The notes under the pieces were generated by a model, which saw only the letters and a list, made by a program, of their open reading frames with translations, was not told where the DNA came from and made no database searches. A stretch of 64,000 nucleotides of DNA, taken from a virus. Both the position numbers and the translations under genes were made by a program. Location of the stretch: the IMG/VR virus record IMGVR_UViG_3300025536_000011. One strand, given 5' to 3'. This document shows positions 26,994 to 37,197 of this stretch, one piece after another (within the stretch, counting starts at the first letter, position 1; every line of letters begins with the position of its first letter).

Positions 26994-27740
26994 TTAATCT
27001 CCCTTAATCTTAGTTTTCGTTTTTGTGTTCAAATATTCTATAACTTTAATTGCTTCGCGATGGGTTAGGTCTGCCGCACCAGCAATACGATCTGCTCGAT
27101 CTTCGCTTAAAGCCTGTGCGACTACTTTAAATAGGTCTGCTTTTTTATCCGACAGCAACTCTGTAATAACACGCACTTGCTGCGGATCTGCTTTAGCTAA
27201 CATATCAACTGCCGCATCACCAATTTCCTCTGCGGCAAGTATTTGGATGCCAAGTGCCTTTCTAAGGCATCGTGCCTCTGCTCGTGACTCGGCAACAGCC
27301 GTTAAATAATTGCTGAATGGATCGCAGGTATTGTTCTTATGAGCGTCTCCGCATCCGACCCACTTACTACCATCTTCAAATGTAGCCGTATAAACAGCTT
27401 GCACTAATAGTCGAGTGCCATCTGGACTTACAATATTATTAAGGCTCACTTGACTTTCTTTTAGACCGGCCTCCTGAGCTAATTTCTGTAATGCTCTCAA
27501 AAAGACTGTTTTCTTGCCATCTTTTTCTACTATGTCGCCATCGACAAGTTTAGTCATCCAATCAATACCGAAGCGTTGCTTCTGCACGGTAATTAAAAAC
27601 TGCTGGTTTTCATAATGATAGTGATGATGTGTTTCTCCTAAAGGGAATACCGGAGAATTTATAGGTGTAAATGTAGGTTCATTAAAACAACCTTCTGATC
27701 TGTTATCAGATTGTCCTGTTGCTGAATCTTGTATTACCAT
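26994..27740 (-). CDS. Rad52/Sak-like single-strand annealing protein
   Basis: VGCGDA...YLTAVAESRAEARCLRKALGI...AEEI pattern. Confidence 0.6.
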   Translation of the reverse strand: MVIQDSATGQSDNRSEGCFNEPTFTPINSPVFPLGETHHHYHYENQQFLITVQKQRFGIDWMTKLVDGDIVEKDGKKTVFLRALQKLAQEAGLKESQVSLNNIVSPDGTRLLVQAVYTATFEDGSKWVGCGDAHKNNTCDPFSNYLTAVAESRAEARCLRKALGIQILAAEEIGDAAVDMLAKADPQQVRVITELLSDKKADLFKVVAQALSEDRADRIAGAADLTHREAIKVIEYLNTKTKTKIKGD

Positions 27741-27742
27741 AA

Positions 27743-28348
27743 TTACCTCGGAATCAAATCAATGTTAATATTTAAATTTAACCTTCTAATAGTTGCAAAG
27801 ATATCTCTATTTGAGATACCAAACTTGTCTCGCACAAAGCCTAGACCTCTATTTTTAATCAATTTGACGAACTCCTGCTCAGAAGAATCGGCTGGTATAA
27901 CCCACGTACTATCTATAGTTATAGCAGCAGCATTAAGTTTTTCAAGTTTCTTCTCGCGGCTCTTACGTACCTTTTCCTCTTTAATCTTATTTACTTTTTT
28001 GGGTTTAATAGCCTTAAGTTTATTTGTTTTTGCCTGTAAATCATTATATGCCTGCTGGCGTTCAGCTAGGATCTTAGATTGCTCCTGCTTATTAGCAAGA
28101 ATGATCTTAGAGAGTACCAAATCTGCATTTTCATCAAATTGCTTAAGTAATTTTTTAGCATCAAGTGCATCGTGAATACCCAAATCTCCCTTTAGGGTAT
28201 CAACGTCACGACGATTCATACCAAGATGAATTTCATAATCGCCAGAACCAGACATCTTGCTTGCAAACTCTAAGAACTTGCGTAAATCTTTCTTATTCAT
28301 AACTCCAGCCTTTCGGATATAGCTCGCCCGAACCATAATCATAAGCAC
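27743..28348 (-). CDS. Hypothetical Lys-rich protein (start probably near 28300)
   Basis: Coiled-coil, basic; packed. Confidence 0.5.
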   Translation of the reverse strand: MLMIMVRASYIRKAGVMNKKDLRKFLEFASKMSGSGDYEIHLGMNRRDVDTLKGDLGIHDALDAKKLLKQFDENADLVLSKIILANKQEQSKILAERQQAYNDLQAKTNKLKAIKPKKVNKIKEEKVRKSREKKLEKLNAAAITIDSTWVIPADSSEQEFVKLIKNRGLGFVRDKFGISNRDIFATIRRLNLNINIDLIPR

Positions 28349-29288
28349 ACATTAAATGTACTAATTCAGTAAATGTAACTTTTGGGGTCCACCCCAAAGC
28401 ATTTTTAATCTTATTATTATTGCCTAGTAAACGATGTACGTCTGCTGGTCTAAATAGACCGGCATCAGTCATGACGCACAAACTTTGTGTAAGCTCAAAA
28501 TAATGACACGCTATATCAAGAAACTCTTTAATTTGATGCGTTTCACCAGAAGCAATTACAAAATCATTTGGCTCTGTATGCTGTAGAATAGAGTGCATGG
28601 CACGCACCGAATCTCCTGCAAAGGTCCAGTCTCGGTAGGCGTTTAAATTGCCTAATTTTAATACATTAAGCTGGCAGCGTTTAATTGCTGCTAATGATTG
28701 TGTTATCTTACGAGTCACAAATTCCTCGCCACGTAGAGGGCTCTCTGAATTAAACATCATACCAGTAGATACAAACATTTTATATGATTTTCTATAAACA
28801 TGAGCGATATGATGACCAAACACTTTAGCTACTGCATATGGAGACTCTGGAGCTAAAATGCTTTCTTCGTCTAGAATAGCATAGCCATTAATAGAGTTGC
28901 CGAACATCTCGCTGGAACTAGCCTGATAAAACTTACATTCAGGAGCAAATTTACGTACTGCCTCCAGACAATTGAGAACACCTAACCCCGTAATTTGACA
29001 AGTAGTAATAGCATTGGACCAAGAGGAGCCCACAAAAGACTGGGCAGCTAAATTGTAGAATTCGTCCGGCTTGTATTCTTTTACAATATTTTCAATGCTA
29101 GCTAAATCAGTAATATCGCCAGTTGTCATTATGAGATTAGGATTATTATATAATGGCCTGATTCGTAGGTCTGTTGGGAGAGAAGTTCTTCTGTCAACTC
29201 CTATTACTTTGTAACCCTTGTGTAACAATAAGTCTATGAGATAAAATCCACATTGCCCACTTGCACCACTAACAATCGCGGTTTTCAT
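28293..29288 (-). CDS. gmd: GDP-mannose 4,6-dehydratase
   Basis: SGASGQCG.YL, YNLAAQSFV, FYQASSSEMFG, SPYAVAK, ESPLRGEEFVTRKIT, LGNLNAYRDW. Confidence 0.95.
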   Translation of the reverse strand: MKTAIVSGASGQCGFYLIDLLLHKGYKVIGVDRRTSLPTDLRIRPLYNNPNLIMTTGDITDLASIENIVKEYKPDEFYNLAAQSFVGSSWSNAITTCQITGLGVLNCLEAVRKFAPECKFYQASSSEMFGNSINGYAILDEESILAPESPYAVAKVFGHHIAHVYRKSYKMFVSTGMMFNSESPLRGEEFVTRKITQSLAAIKRCQLNVLKLGNLNAYRDWTFAGDSVRAMHSILQHTEPNDFVIASGETHQIKEFLDIACHYFELTQSLCVMTDAGLFRPADVHRLLGNNNKIKNALGWTPKVTFTELVHLMCAYDYGSGELYPKGWSYE

Positions 29289-30190
29289 TAATTATGCCCC
29301 AATCTATATGCATCAATCGTTCTATTAATAGCTGTCACTAATTTCGTCTTAGGCAACCACCCCAATACTTCCTTAGCTCTTGTAATATCTAAACACCTAG
29401 CGTGCTGCCCCTCTGGCTTCGTATCATCCCAAACGATCTCTGATTTATAATCACCAAGAGCCTTAATCAACGAAGCTAGTTCTTTAATGGTGATCTCTTC
29501 GCCAGACCCAATATTAATTGGCCATGGTCCAGTTTGCTTAAAAAGTGATAAGTTTATAGCCTCTACCAAGTCCCCGACATATAATAGTTCTCTTGTGCCA
29601 CGACCGCTGCCCCAAAATGTTACAGGTTGGCCTTCGGCCAACTCAAATTTTCGGATCATATCCATAACGACATGATCGGAATTATCGTTTTCGCCCACTA
29701 AATTAATTGGCACCAAATTAGTTATGTCCATTTTATATTGATTGGTATATTCTATTCCAAGCATCACTAAACTACGCTTGGCGATGCCGTAACCACGATT
29801 ACTCTCGTGTGGAAGACCATTCCAGTAATCTGACTCTTTGAATGGACGCTCTGTTAAATCTGGATAGCCGCACACACTAGACAGATTAATAATCTTGGGA
29901 ATCTTCATAATTCGGCAGGATTCAAAGAAGTTAAGTCCCATCATCATATTTTCATAAAAGAAGTGGCCTTGATTTCCAATATTACCTGGTAATCCAGCAA
30001 CCGTCGCAGCTAAATGAATGGCAGCATCTATCTTAATACCCATACAATAATCTTCCATCGAGTGCCGATATAATAAGTCCATTTTATGTCTGGTAGGCAT
30101 CAATAATGTGGCGTCGTGTAGGTGTTTTTCTAAGTATTCACATAGATGTCTACCAACAAAACCATAAGCTCCTGTAATAAGAATATTCAT
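29288..30190 (-). CDS. fcl: GDP-L-fucose synthase (epimerase/reductase)
   Basis: TGAYGFVG, IHLAATVAG, SSVCGYP, SNRGYGIAKR, PINLVG, HV, WGSG..TRE.LYV.D, KPEGQ. Confidence 0.88.
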   Translation of the reverse strand: MNILITGAYGFVGRHLCEYLEKHLHDATLLMPTRHKMDLLYRHSMEDYCMGIKIDAAIHLAATVAGLPGNIGNQGHFFYENMMMGLNFFESCRIMKIPKIINLSSVCGYPDLTERPFKESDYWNGLPHESNRGYGIAKRSLVMLGIEYTNQYKMDITNLVPINLVGENDNSDHVVMDMIRKFELAEGQPVTFWGSGRGTRELLYVGDLVEAINLSLFKQTGPWPINIGSGEEITIKELASLIKALGDYKSEIVWDDTKPEGQHARCLDITRAKEVLGWLPKTKLVTAINRTIDAYRLGHN

Positions 30191-30939
30191 TACTTCGTTC
30201 TCTCTAAATACACCCGAAGATCATCAGGCGTGCCAATCCCATGCATTTCGTTTACCATAAATGGCAGTATAAGATTATTGCGACTACGCATCATAATATT
30301 AAATACAGGGGCAATGTAAAATTCCCCATTTACTCTAATATCTTCTCTAATCATAGTCTCAGCACAATCAATAAAATCAGATCCATATTCATACCAAAAA
30401 ACGCCACAATTGGCCAAATTAGAGATAGGATTTTTTTCAGCCACCTCCCGAATAATATTAAAATTGTCAGTTTTAACGAAACTCCATTTTTTGTCAGTAT
30501 CGTTAAAGGTGAAGACTACTGCTGATGGTGAAGCATTTTTCAGCAAAGTCATAAAATTAAAAGTGTTATATTTAATTATTTGATCAGAATTAACGATTAA
30601 AAGCTCGTTATAGTTATCAATATATTGCTTTGCAAGTAAAGCCGTACAGGCGGCTCCGGCAGTTAATTCTTCCACCGGAATAAAAATTGGTACAACATTA
30701 GGTCCGATATATTGTTCTATTAACTCGATTAAACCATATTTGGTTATATGTTCCTTCCGAGCTAGCAGAATTAAATTCACTTTTTCATAGCTATCCATGA
30801 TCGGTTTAAGCGAATCTATAACACGAGCTATCATGGGACGCCCGTGTACATCAATAAATGGCTTAGGAAGATCGTAACCAGCTTCTTTGAAACGTTGCCC
30901 GGCTCCGGCCATTGGAACAACAACATTTAATTGGTTCAT
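30190..30939 (-). CDS. Sugar-phosphate nucleotidyltransferase (NTP_transferase family)
   Basis: VPMAGAGQRF..GY.LPKP, GAACT, NSDQ, VAEK.PIS, RVNGEFYIAP, GIGTPDDL. Confidence 0.88.
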   Translation of the reverse strand: MNQLNVVVPMAGAGQRFKEAGYDLPKPFIDVHGRPMIARVIDSLKPIMDSYEKVNLILLARKEHITKYGLIELIEQYIGPNVVPIFIPVEELTAGAACTALLAKQYIDNYNELLIVNSDQIIKYNTFNFMTLLKNASPSAVVFTFNDTDKKWSFVKTDNFNIIREVAEKNPISNLANCGVFWYEYGSDFIDCAETMIREDIRVNGEFYIAPVFNIMMRSRNNLILPFMVNEMHGIGTPDDLRVYLERTK

Positions 30940-30941
30940 AA

Positions 30942-31619
30942 TTATCTTTCCAAGAAATATAAATCATTTGGTAAATAACGAAACTGTACACCCATCAGCC
31001 GAAGAAAATTAGATATGCTCTCTTCTGGACCACAAAAATGTAAAAAATGAGATAGATGATTAAACATTAAACTATATATCTTCATATTAGCGGAACCAGA
31101 GATAGCTATTTGGTCTCCTATATTTATCTCATGAAACTGTGGTGCCCATATATACTTTAAATCATAATCTTCTATATTAAGAGGTTTTCTAAATAAACAA
31201 TCAAATCTACACCTAATAACACAATCGTAAACAAAATTATTGTTAAATTCATAATTTGACACCAAAGCCATGCTCTGAGCAATAGAATAATACATGCTAA
31301 AAATACGGAATGTTATTCCTGGCTCCCAGAGCGAAGTAATATTATCTATATTAAATTCAACCTGTTTTTGTATTAAATGGCTTTTTGGCTTAATCTTATC
31401 TAGAAGCATCTGCATATAATTATAATCAAGAGTAGGATATTCTGGGATGGGTCTGTCTTGGCTAATAAAAGAATCGGCAAGTCCTGGTTTTAAGTCTCCC
31501 TTTTCCCAAGTGTGAAAAAATACATCACAATTTAATGGTTTAATAACATAAGCATAAATAGTCGGCCAACATTTTTCAAAACATCTAACTTGGCCCGAAA
31601 GACATAATGCTATTTTCAT
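30942..31619 (-). CDS. Putative glycosyltransferase-like protein (CLSGQ family), copy 1
   Basis: KIALCLSGQVR, DVFFHTW, SMYYSI, YDCVIRCRFD, GDQIA, PE. Confidence 0.6.
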   Translation of the reverse strand: MKIALCLSGQVRCFEKCWPTIYAYVIKPLNCDVFFHTWEKGDLKPGLADSFISQDRPIPEYPTLDYNYMQMLLDKIKPKSHLIQKQVEFNIDNITSLWEPGITFRIFSMYYSIAQSMALVSNYEFNNNFVYDCVIRCRFDCLFRKPLNIEDYDLKYIWAPQFHEINIGDQIAISGSANMKIYSLMFNHLSHFLHFCGPEESISNFLRLMGVQFRYLPNDLYFLER

Positions 31620-32326
31620 TCCTTTGTCAACTTGTATTTGATTGGTATTTGATTCCAATTAACGCCCCTATTTTTTAGATGATCTCTTAAAATAGTCTCT
31701 GGATGAAAGTTTGTTCCGGCTCTAAACAGAGCCGGAATATTGAAGTAACACAGTGAATATTCCCCTATATCTCTACTAGTCCCAAAGGCAACTTGGTCAT
31801 TTACACAACCATAGGTTTCATGATCGGGCGTTATAATGCCAAATTTTGATAGATGTAAGATCTCGTCCCAATTTGGTTCTTGATGCCATTCCATGTCGGT
31901 CCTACACCTTATAATTAGGTCATAGCGGCCTTTGTCTGCTTCATATATTTGGCGTATTTGGTCTGCTCGCCAAATTGAATAATGCATACTAAGCACCCCT
32001 TGAAAACTCTTAGACTGCATACGCGAATTTTCCTCAGTGCAGCTACTCTTATAAAGTGACTGATCAAAATAAAGTTGTGGCTCATAGACCACATAATTAA
32101 ATTGCTTTAATATGTCTGGATTTAACTTAATATATTGGACGAACTTACTGGCATCACTTGTATAGAGTAATTGGTCTATACTGAGTTTAGATACGCTGCA
32201 CCAAAAGTGTCCGAATATATCCGCTTCTAACGGAGCCACTAAATGCCTTTTGATACTTGGCCAACAACGATCTAAAAATCGTGGTTGTCCCGAGAGACAG
32301 ATCGCCACTCGCTTCCCTTGAACCAT
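31616..32326 (-). CDS. Putative glycosyltransferase-like protein (CLSGQ family), copy 2
   Basis: RVAICLSGQPR, DIFGHFW, SMHYSI, YDLIIRCRTD, NDQVA, HPE. Confidence 0.6.
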   Translation of the reverse strand: MVQGKRVAICLSGQPRFLDRCWPSIKRHLVAPLEADIFGHFWCSVSKLSIDQLLYTSDASKFVQYIKLNPDILKQFNYVVYEPQLYFDQSLYKSSCTEENSRMQSKSFQGVLSMHYSIWRADQIRQIYEADKGRYDLIIRCRTDMEWHQEPNWDEILHLSKFGIITPDHETYGCVNDQVAFGTSRDIGEYSLCYFNIPALFRAGTNFHPETILRDHLKNRGVNWNQIPIKYKLTKE

Positions 32327-32955
32327 ATCGCTTCCTCGTCCATAAACTTATATAGATTATCTAAAGTAACATTCTTAGCATTATTTACTTGCCATACGTA
32401 TGCTCCGGTATTCTTTGCTGCTTCAACGCCTTTTGGAGAATCTTCTACAATAATAACTTCATCTGGATTAACTTGAGCAATCATATGAGCCATCACATAC
32501 CCTTCGGAACATGGTTTCGGATGATTAAACATCTCGTTAGAGATGATATAATCTGGTCCAAATAAAGATATACCGGATTTTTCTAGCATAAGTTTTGCTG
32601 TATCTATACTACAGTTTGTAACACAAATAGTATAAATATCTTTAAAATCAAGAGTTGAAAACAAAACATGTTTAGAGTAGTCATATCTACAATTTTTGTT
32701 AATTAAATCCCTTGTATATTTCTGCTTCAATGCATAAAACTTTGTAAAGTCTGCTCTTTTTGGGATACGCTTTTCTTTTTGTAAGATCTCTAGCTTAGTA
32801 AGTGTAGGTAAACCATTAAAAGTCTCTTTGTGCTCTTTTGCAGTCAGCTTGAACTTATATAATTCTTGCAGAGCAAGATTAAATGCGTCCTTATGCCAGT
32901 CAACTGCGTCTACAAGCACTCCATCTAAATCGAAGAATACTGCATGAATTGCCAT
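32272..32955 (-). CDS. HAD-superfamily phosphatase
   Basis: FDLDGVLVD, VTN, PKP, VEDSPKG. Confidence 0.9.
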   Translation of the reverse strand: MAIHAVFFDLDGVLVDAVDWHKDAFNLALQELYKFKLTAKEHKETFNGLPTLTKLEILQKEKRIPKRADFTKFYALKQKYTRDLINKNCRYDYSKHVLFSTLDFKDIYTICVTNCSIDTAKLMLEKSGISLFGPDYIISNEMFNHPKPCSEGYVMAHMIAQVNPDEVIIVEDSPKGVEAAKNTGAYVWQVNNAKNVTLDNLYKFMDEEAIWFKGSEWRSVSRDNHDF

Positions 32956-32961
32956 AATTAC

Positions 32962-33693
32962 CTACTTTTTACAGTTAATAAAGAGCCAATGTGATGGCCA
33001 GTAACTAGCATGAGAAGTCCCTTTAAAATTAGTATATTTGTCGTGTACCGAGAAAGTCCATATCCTACATACGCTAAATAAATTCAACATATCCTCTTCT
33101 ATTAAAGAAAAATCACTTTGCATAATAGCAACGTCACAGGCACTATTAGTACCAGTAGCATTTACTTTATCTTCTCTGTAAAGAGCGTGACCACCACCAT
33201 TAAATCCTGGCAGAAGATTACAAGCCATCTGTATGGTAATCTGCCCGTGCGGCAACAAGGCCGCAGCCATATGTTTGAAAATATTCATACGGATAGAATG
33301 TACAGCAATATGCTGCATACAAATAGTGCTATAAATAAAATCGTAGCCTTTAGCCCCTCCTAGGTCATCCCCGCTAGAGACAAAAAACTTACTATCAGGA
33401 TGTGCCTTAGCGGCCTCATCCAGAAGTCGCTGTGAAAGATCCACACCATCTACTCTTTTAAAGAGCTTTTTCATACGATTAACCATGCGACCTGGACCAC
33501 AACCAAAATCCAATGCCGACTTACTACTTAAATCGGCAAAGAGTGGCTTTTCTTCTTCTCCATATTCATTTAATAACATCTGTTCATATGGAAATACTTC
33601 ATGCCAGGCGTAATTACCAACAATATACTTGGAATCTAATGGCTGAGTATAATAACTACGTTGCATATCTAAATAGGCGGCATATTCTCCCAT
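32962..33693 (-). CDS. Class I SAM-dependent methyltransferase
   Basis: ALDFGCGPGR, GVDLS, YDFIYSTICMQHI. Confidence 0.88.
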   Translation of the reverse strand: MGEYAAYLDMQRSYYTQPLDSKYIVGNYAWHEVFPYEQMLLNEYGEEEKPLFADLSSKSALDFGCGPGRMVNRMKKLFKRVDGVDLSQRLLDEAAKAHPDSKFFVSSGDDLGGAKGYDFIYSTICMQHIAVHSIRMNIFKHMAAALLPHGQITIQMACNLLPGFNGGGHALYREDKVNATGTNSACDVAIMQSDFSLIEEDMLNLFSVCRIWTFSVHDKYTNFKGTSHASYWPSHWLFINCKK

Positions 33694-34364
33694 GGAGCCC
33701 TCTCTTTTTGCTTTAAAAGTTTAACTGTTGCATATGGGTTAAAAGCTAGAGCCTTCGCTCCGTACTTGAAATAGATATCTCGCGAAATTTTTACGTCCTC
33801 GCCCTGCGACCAAACTCTTTCTTCGTCTAATGGAACCTCTAATAATACTTGGCGTTTAGCCAGGAAGTAGGCCCCGGAATAATATCCCCACCTTACATAG
33901 CCATTATAATCTTTGCGGCTATAATCTAATAGGCGTCCATCCCCAGTAAAGTTTGGCGTAGCTGAATCTTTATAATCGGTCCAGGCGTCATTAGCAATTA
34001 CACAAAAATCTCTGAATCTCGAACCATCTAAATTCTGAATTTTATTAGTGCAGGTAAGCCAGTCGTTACCGAATCTTTCAAAGCCTTGGAACCAACCAGG
34101 TTGGAGAGCTACATAATCATGCATGAGCACTATATTCTCTCTCGTCGCTAATTGAGCGACGAGATTCTTCTTTTTGGTGATATGGTTAGGTTTAATAGTC
34201 TCATCAAATTCATACCACTTTATACCAAGAGATATTAATTGGTCGCCCCCGACTACTATTATTTCATAACTACCATAAGGTAGCTCAAACCTAATACTAC
34301 TTATAATATCTATGATACGCTTATGTTCGTTGCCAGAAGTTATGATGCCGAAGGTAAAGTCCAT
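33669..34364 (-). CDS. GT-A (GT2-like) glycosyltransferase
   Basis: MDFTFGIIT, YEIIVVGG, ITKKKN, VLMHDY, SGAYF, GEDV. Confidence 0.75.
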   Translation of the reverse strand: MDFTFGIITSGNEHKRIIDIISSIRFELPYGSYEIIVVGGDQLISLGIKWYEFDETIKPNHITKKKNLVAQLATRENIVLMHDYVALQPGWFQGFERFGNDWLTCTNKIQNLDGSRFRDFCVIANDAWTDYKDSATPNFTGDGRLLDYSRKDYNGYVRWGYYSGAYFLAKRQVLLEVPLDEERVWSQGEDVKISRDIYFKYGAKALAFNPYATVKLLKQKERAPWENMPPI

Positions 34365-34446
34365 TATATCGTCAGTAATAAAATTACTGCCTCTATACAT
34401 AACAAATCAAACATGAAATCTAGTAAATCCAGTCGCCGTTTTTCTG

Positions 34447-35100
34447 TCATTTGATCAGCCTAATGATTAGGTCTGCATGGGCCGCACCAGGGGTCTCTAC
34501 ACGCTCTACTTTAATTTGACAGCCAAACTGGCTTAGAAACTTTAATAACTTCGACCTAGAGTAATTGTTCCAATAATAAGTACATCCACGCTCGTCTGGT
34601 CCCTCTTCCTTAATAATATCCTCTGAGCCGCTATGCGGCTCTAAAAAGAACACTATGATTGCTTCTTTTGAGGCAACCCGCACGGCTTCTTTGATAGCGG
34701 CTTCGTAACCATCTGGTAAGTGCTCTAACAAGTGCCTAATACATACTAAATCAAACTCACCATCTTTAAATGGCAATTCCTGTGCGTAGCCTTCTAAAAA
34801 CTCTGGTCGCGGCTGATAATCCTTATAGAGGTTTCTGGCATGTGCTAGAAATTGCTTAGTACGATCAATACCCGTGTAAGATATATTGAGCCCCATAAGT
34901 TTTATGGTTTCAAATGTAGTCCCGGTACAACAGGCAATATCTAGAAATTTAACTTCTGGTCCAGTACCATATAACTTAACAATATGACCAAGATACTGCC
35001 GACCTTGATTATCCAGCCCAGTACGGTGATTTCTTAAAAACACCTGAACGTGTTCAGGTGTAAAATAATCGTGGGTATCTTTTCTGTCTTTATAATTCAC
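34447..35100 (-). CDS. Class I SAM-dependent methyltransferase
   Basis: FLDIACCTG, YTGID, LPFKDGEFDLV..RHLLEHL. Confidence 0.88.
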   Translation of the reverse strand: MNYKDRKDTHDYFTPEHVQVFLRNHRTGLDNQGRQYLGHIVKLYGTGPEVKFLDIACCTGTTFETIKLMGLNISYTGIDRTKQFLAHARNLYKDYQPRPEFLEGYAQELPFKDGEFDLVCIRHLLEHLPDGYEAAIKEAVRVASKEAIIVFFLEPHSGSEDIIKEEGPDERGCTYYWNNYSRSKLLKFLSQFGCQIKVERVETPGAAHADLIIRLIK

Positions 35101-35383
35101 GTTCTACCAACTCTCTAGCATTTTCCCGAAAATATGATATCCCCATCCAGCATATAGGATATTTTTCCTCCGGCTTATTTGGGCTTAATAGATTGAGGAT
35201 ACCGTGACTCAATCCTAGTTCATTAATAGACTTTTCCCCATCATGTGGCAAACCATAATATGTAAAATCTCTAACTTTAATCTTCCAAATATTGCCACGC
35301 TTAATAGCTTGTTGACAAAATTCTAAATCGCTCATATTCACCCTCTTATGAAATTTTTCCATCATCATGCCAGTTACCAGCAA
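35090..35383 (-). CDS. Hypothetical protein
   Basis: Packed ORF. Confidence 0.4.
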   Translation of the reverse strand: MLVTGMMMEKFHKRVNMSDLEFCQQAIKRGNIWKIKVRDFTYYGLPHDGEKSINELGLSHGILNLLSPNKPEEKYPICWMGISYFRENARELVEREL

Positions 35384-36047
35384 AATCTATATAACCAGAG
35401 CGTCTTCCAGCCTCGCCTAAATCGCTCTTCATAATAGTTTCTTCGTTAGAAATATATGTAATTCGTACTATACCCGAACGCGGGACCAAATTAACACTAT
35501 TTTCCACCCAATCTAGTAACGCCTCACGTTCATCGTTCTTAAATGACTTTGGTTCGTAAGAACTATTGTACTTATTGCTTCGCAAAAATTCAATCAGTTT
35601 TTTGTCGATATCTTTAGATTCATCTTCCGATTGGTAGCGGCCTTTTGGATTATATGGACGACCTTCACGATTAAGAAATATATCCATGCCAGAATAACAA
35701 GAGTCAAATTCACGGCAAATCTCCATCAGCGGTTTAACTATATTAACCTCGCTGTAAAGCGAAGCATAGAAAGGTGATAACCAAATAGGGCTATCTGTAA
35801 CAATAAGATCAACGCCATTCTTTAAAAGCCTATCTTCATAGTGAATCTGCTTACCAAGTAAATACAGTTGATCGAAGCCTGATACTTTACGACCAGTATG
35901 AGCCCAAGACTTTACGTACTCATTTACAAGTTCGACATGAAGTCCCTTATCTTTAAGGGCTGCAAAAAGCCATGCCGCAGTAGTGCTTTTACCCGAACCT
36001 GGACCACCATATAGGTTAATGCGGCGAGTTGGTATAATCTGTAACAT
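35346..36047 (-). CDS. P-loop NTPase/kinase (NadR/AAA_28-like)
   Basis: INLYGGPGSGKST, EYVK, IVTDSP, YNPKGRYQ. Confidence 0.8.
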   Translation of the reverse strand: MLQIIPTRRINLYGGPGSGKSTTAAWLFAALKDKGLHVELVNEYVKSWAHTGRKVSGFDQLYLLGKQIHYEDRLLKNGVDLIVTDSPIWLSPFYASLYSEVNIVKPLMEICREFDSCYSGMDIFLNREGRPYNPKGRYQSEDESKDIDKKLIEFLRSNKYNSSYEPKSFKNDEREALLDWVENSVNLVPRSGIVRITYISNEETIMKSDLGEAGRRSGYIDFAGNWHDDGKIS

Positions 36048-36309
36048 TTATTAGCTCCTCAATAATTTTAATTAATTTTGGCACACTCTCTTGAGTAAAG
36101 CCACTATCTGCTTCTGAGCCTCCAATAGACCCATGCTCACGCCATTCTGGCCCATACCAATCTCTAATCTCTTTGAATTCCTTCACTAGTTCTTGAAATC
36201 GTTCCCGAGAAAGTAATAATTCGACAATCTCTCTTTTGGATGGCAAATTACTTGGTGGTGGCTTTATTAAATTAAAATCCGGTAACGGATTAGGTTCTTT
36301 TCGTCTCAT
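36016..36309 (-). CDS. Hypothetical protein
   Basis: Packed ORF. Confidence 0.4.
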   Translation of the reverse strand: MRRKEPNPLPDFNLIKPPPSNLPSKREIVELLLSRERFQELVKEFKEIRDWYGPEWREHGSIGGSEADSGFTQESVPKLIKIIEELINVTDYTNSPH

Positions 36310-36508
36310 TTAATTTCTCCAGTAAATAATGACTAGGATTCCAAATATGTTTAGCAGCATCATCTGATGAAGCTAATATACCACAATCTGGACAATTCCA
36401 AAATACTCCTGTTGGTTGAACAGGACCATCAAATCCAACAAAATATAATGCAACTTCTTTATTATTTTTAAGACAATAACCATTAGTATATTGATTTTTA
36501 TATGTCAT
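36290..36508 (-). CDS. Small Cys-containing hypothetical protein
   Basis: CPDCG. Confidence 0.4.
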   Translation of the reverse strand: MTYKNQYTNGYCLKNNKEVALYFVGFDGPVQPTGVFWNCPDCGILASSDDAAKHIWNPSHYLLEKLNETKRT

Positions 36509-36510
36509 AG

Positions 36511-37197
36511 TTACCTTTCTACTCCAGTATGCATCGAATATAAATATAACCGCTCGTCTAATTTATGAAACTTGTATCCAGCCGTTATTAAATCATACCA
36601 CTTTTTCCAATCTTCCCGCCCGAGATATCGTTTGTCTGTATCATATCCGCCATTACTTAAGAGTACAGATTTTTTTCCTAATAAACTCCCGTGAGCTAAT
36701 ACGTTCTCATACTTAATGCGTTCAGATATTTGTTCATGAGTCTTATATTGACCTACTTTAAAGCAATTAGGATACCAAACTTCGTTTATTTCCCCTGGAT
36801 TATATACGTCGAAGCATTCGGTAAATAACATATCTATATCTGGATGTTGTAATAAAAAATTTCTTTGTAACTCTAGCCGACATACTAGACTAGCATCATC
36901 AGCGTCTTGATATGCCACATAATCATAATTACATTTTTGAAGCCCGTAATTTTTAGCATCCGCAAGCCCAAGTTTTCTTGGTCTCTCATATATTTTAAGA
37001 CTATCTGTATCACGCCAGTCATAATATTGTAAGTTTCCTAACATATCTATCGTATCAGAGTGGCATTCATCTAATATTAAGATAATCTCGTCCGGTTGAT
37101 AAGTTTGACGCATTAATGAACTCAGCGATCTCTCTAATAAACGATCATGTATTATGTCTTGCGAATGGCAGCAAATTAGGACGCTTATTTTATCCAT
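36511..37197 (-). CDS. GT2 glycosyltransferase
   Basis: ISVLI, QTY..DEIILILD, GLADAKNYG, YQDADD, RLELQ, EDW. Confidence 0.9.
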   Translation of the reverse strand: MDKISVLICCHSQDIIHDRLLERSLSSLMRQTYQPDEIILILDECHSDTIDMLGNLQYYDWRDTDSLKIYERPRKLGLADAKNYGLQKCNYDYVAYQDADDASLVCRLELQRNFLLQHPDIDMLFTECFDVYNPGEINEVWYPNCFKVGQYKTHEQISERIKYENVLAHGSLLGKKSVLLSNGGYDTDKRYLGREDWKKWYDLITAGYKFHKLDERLYLYSMHTGVER

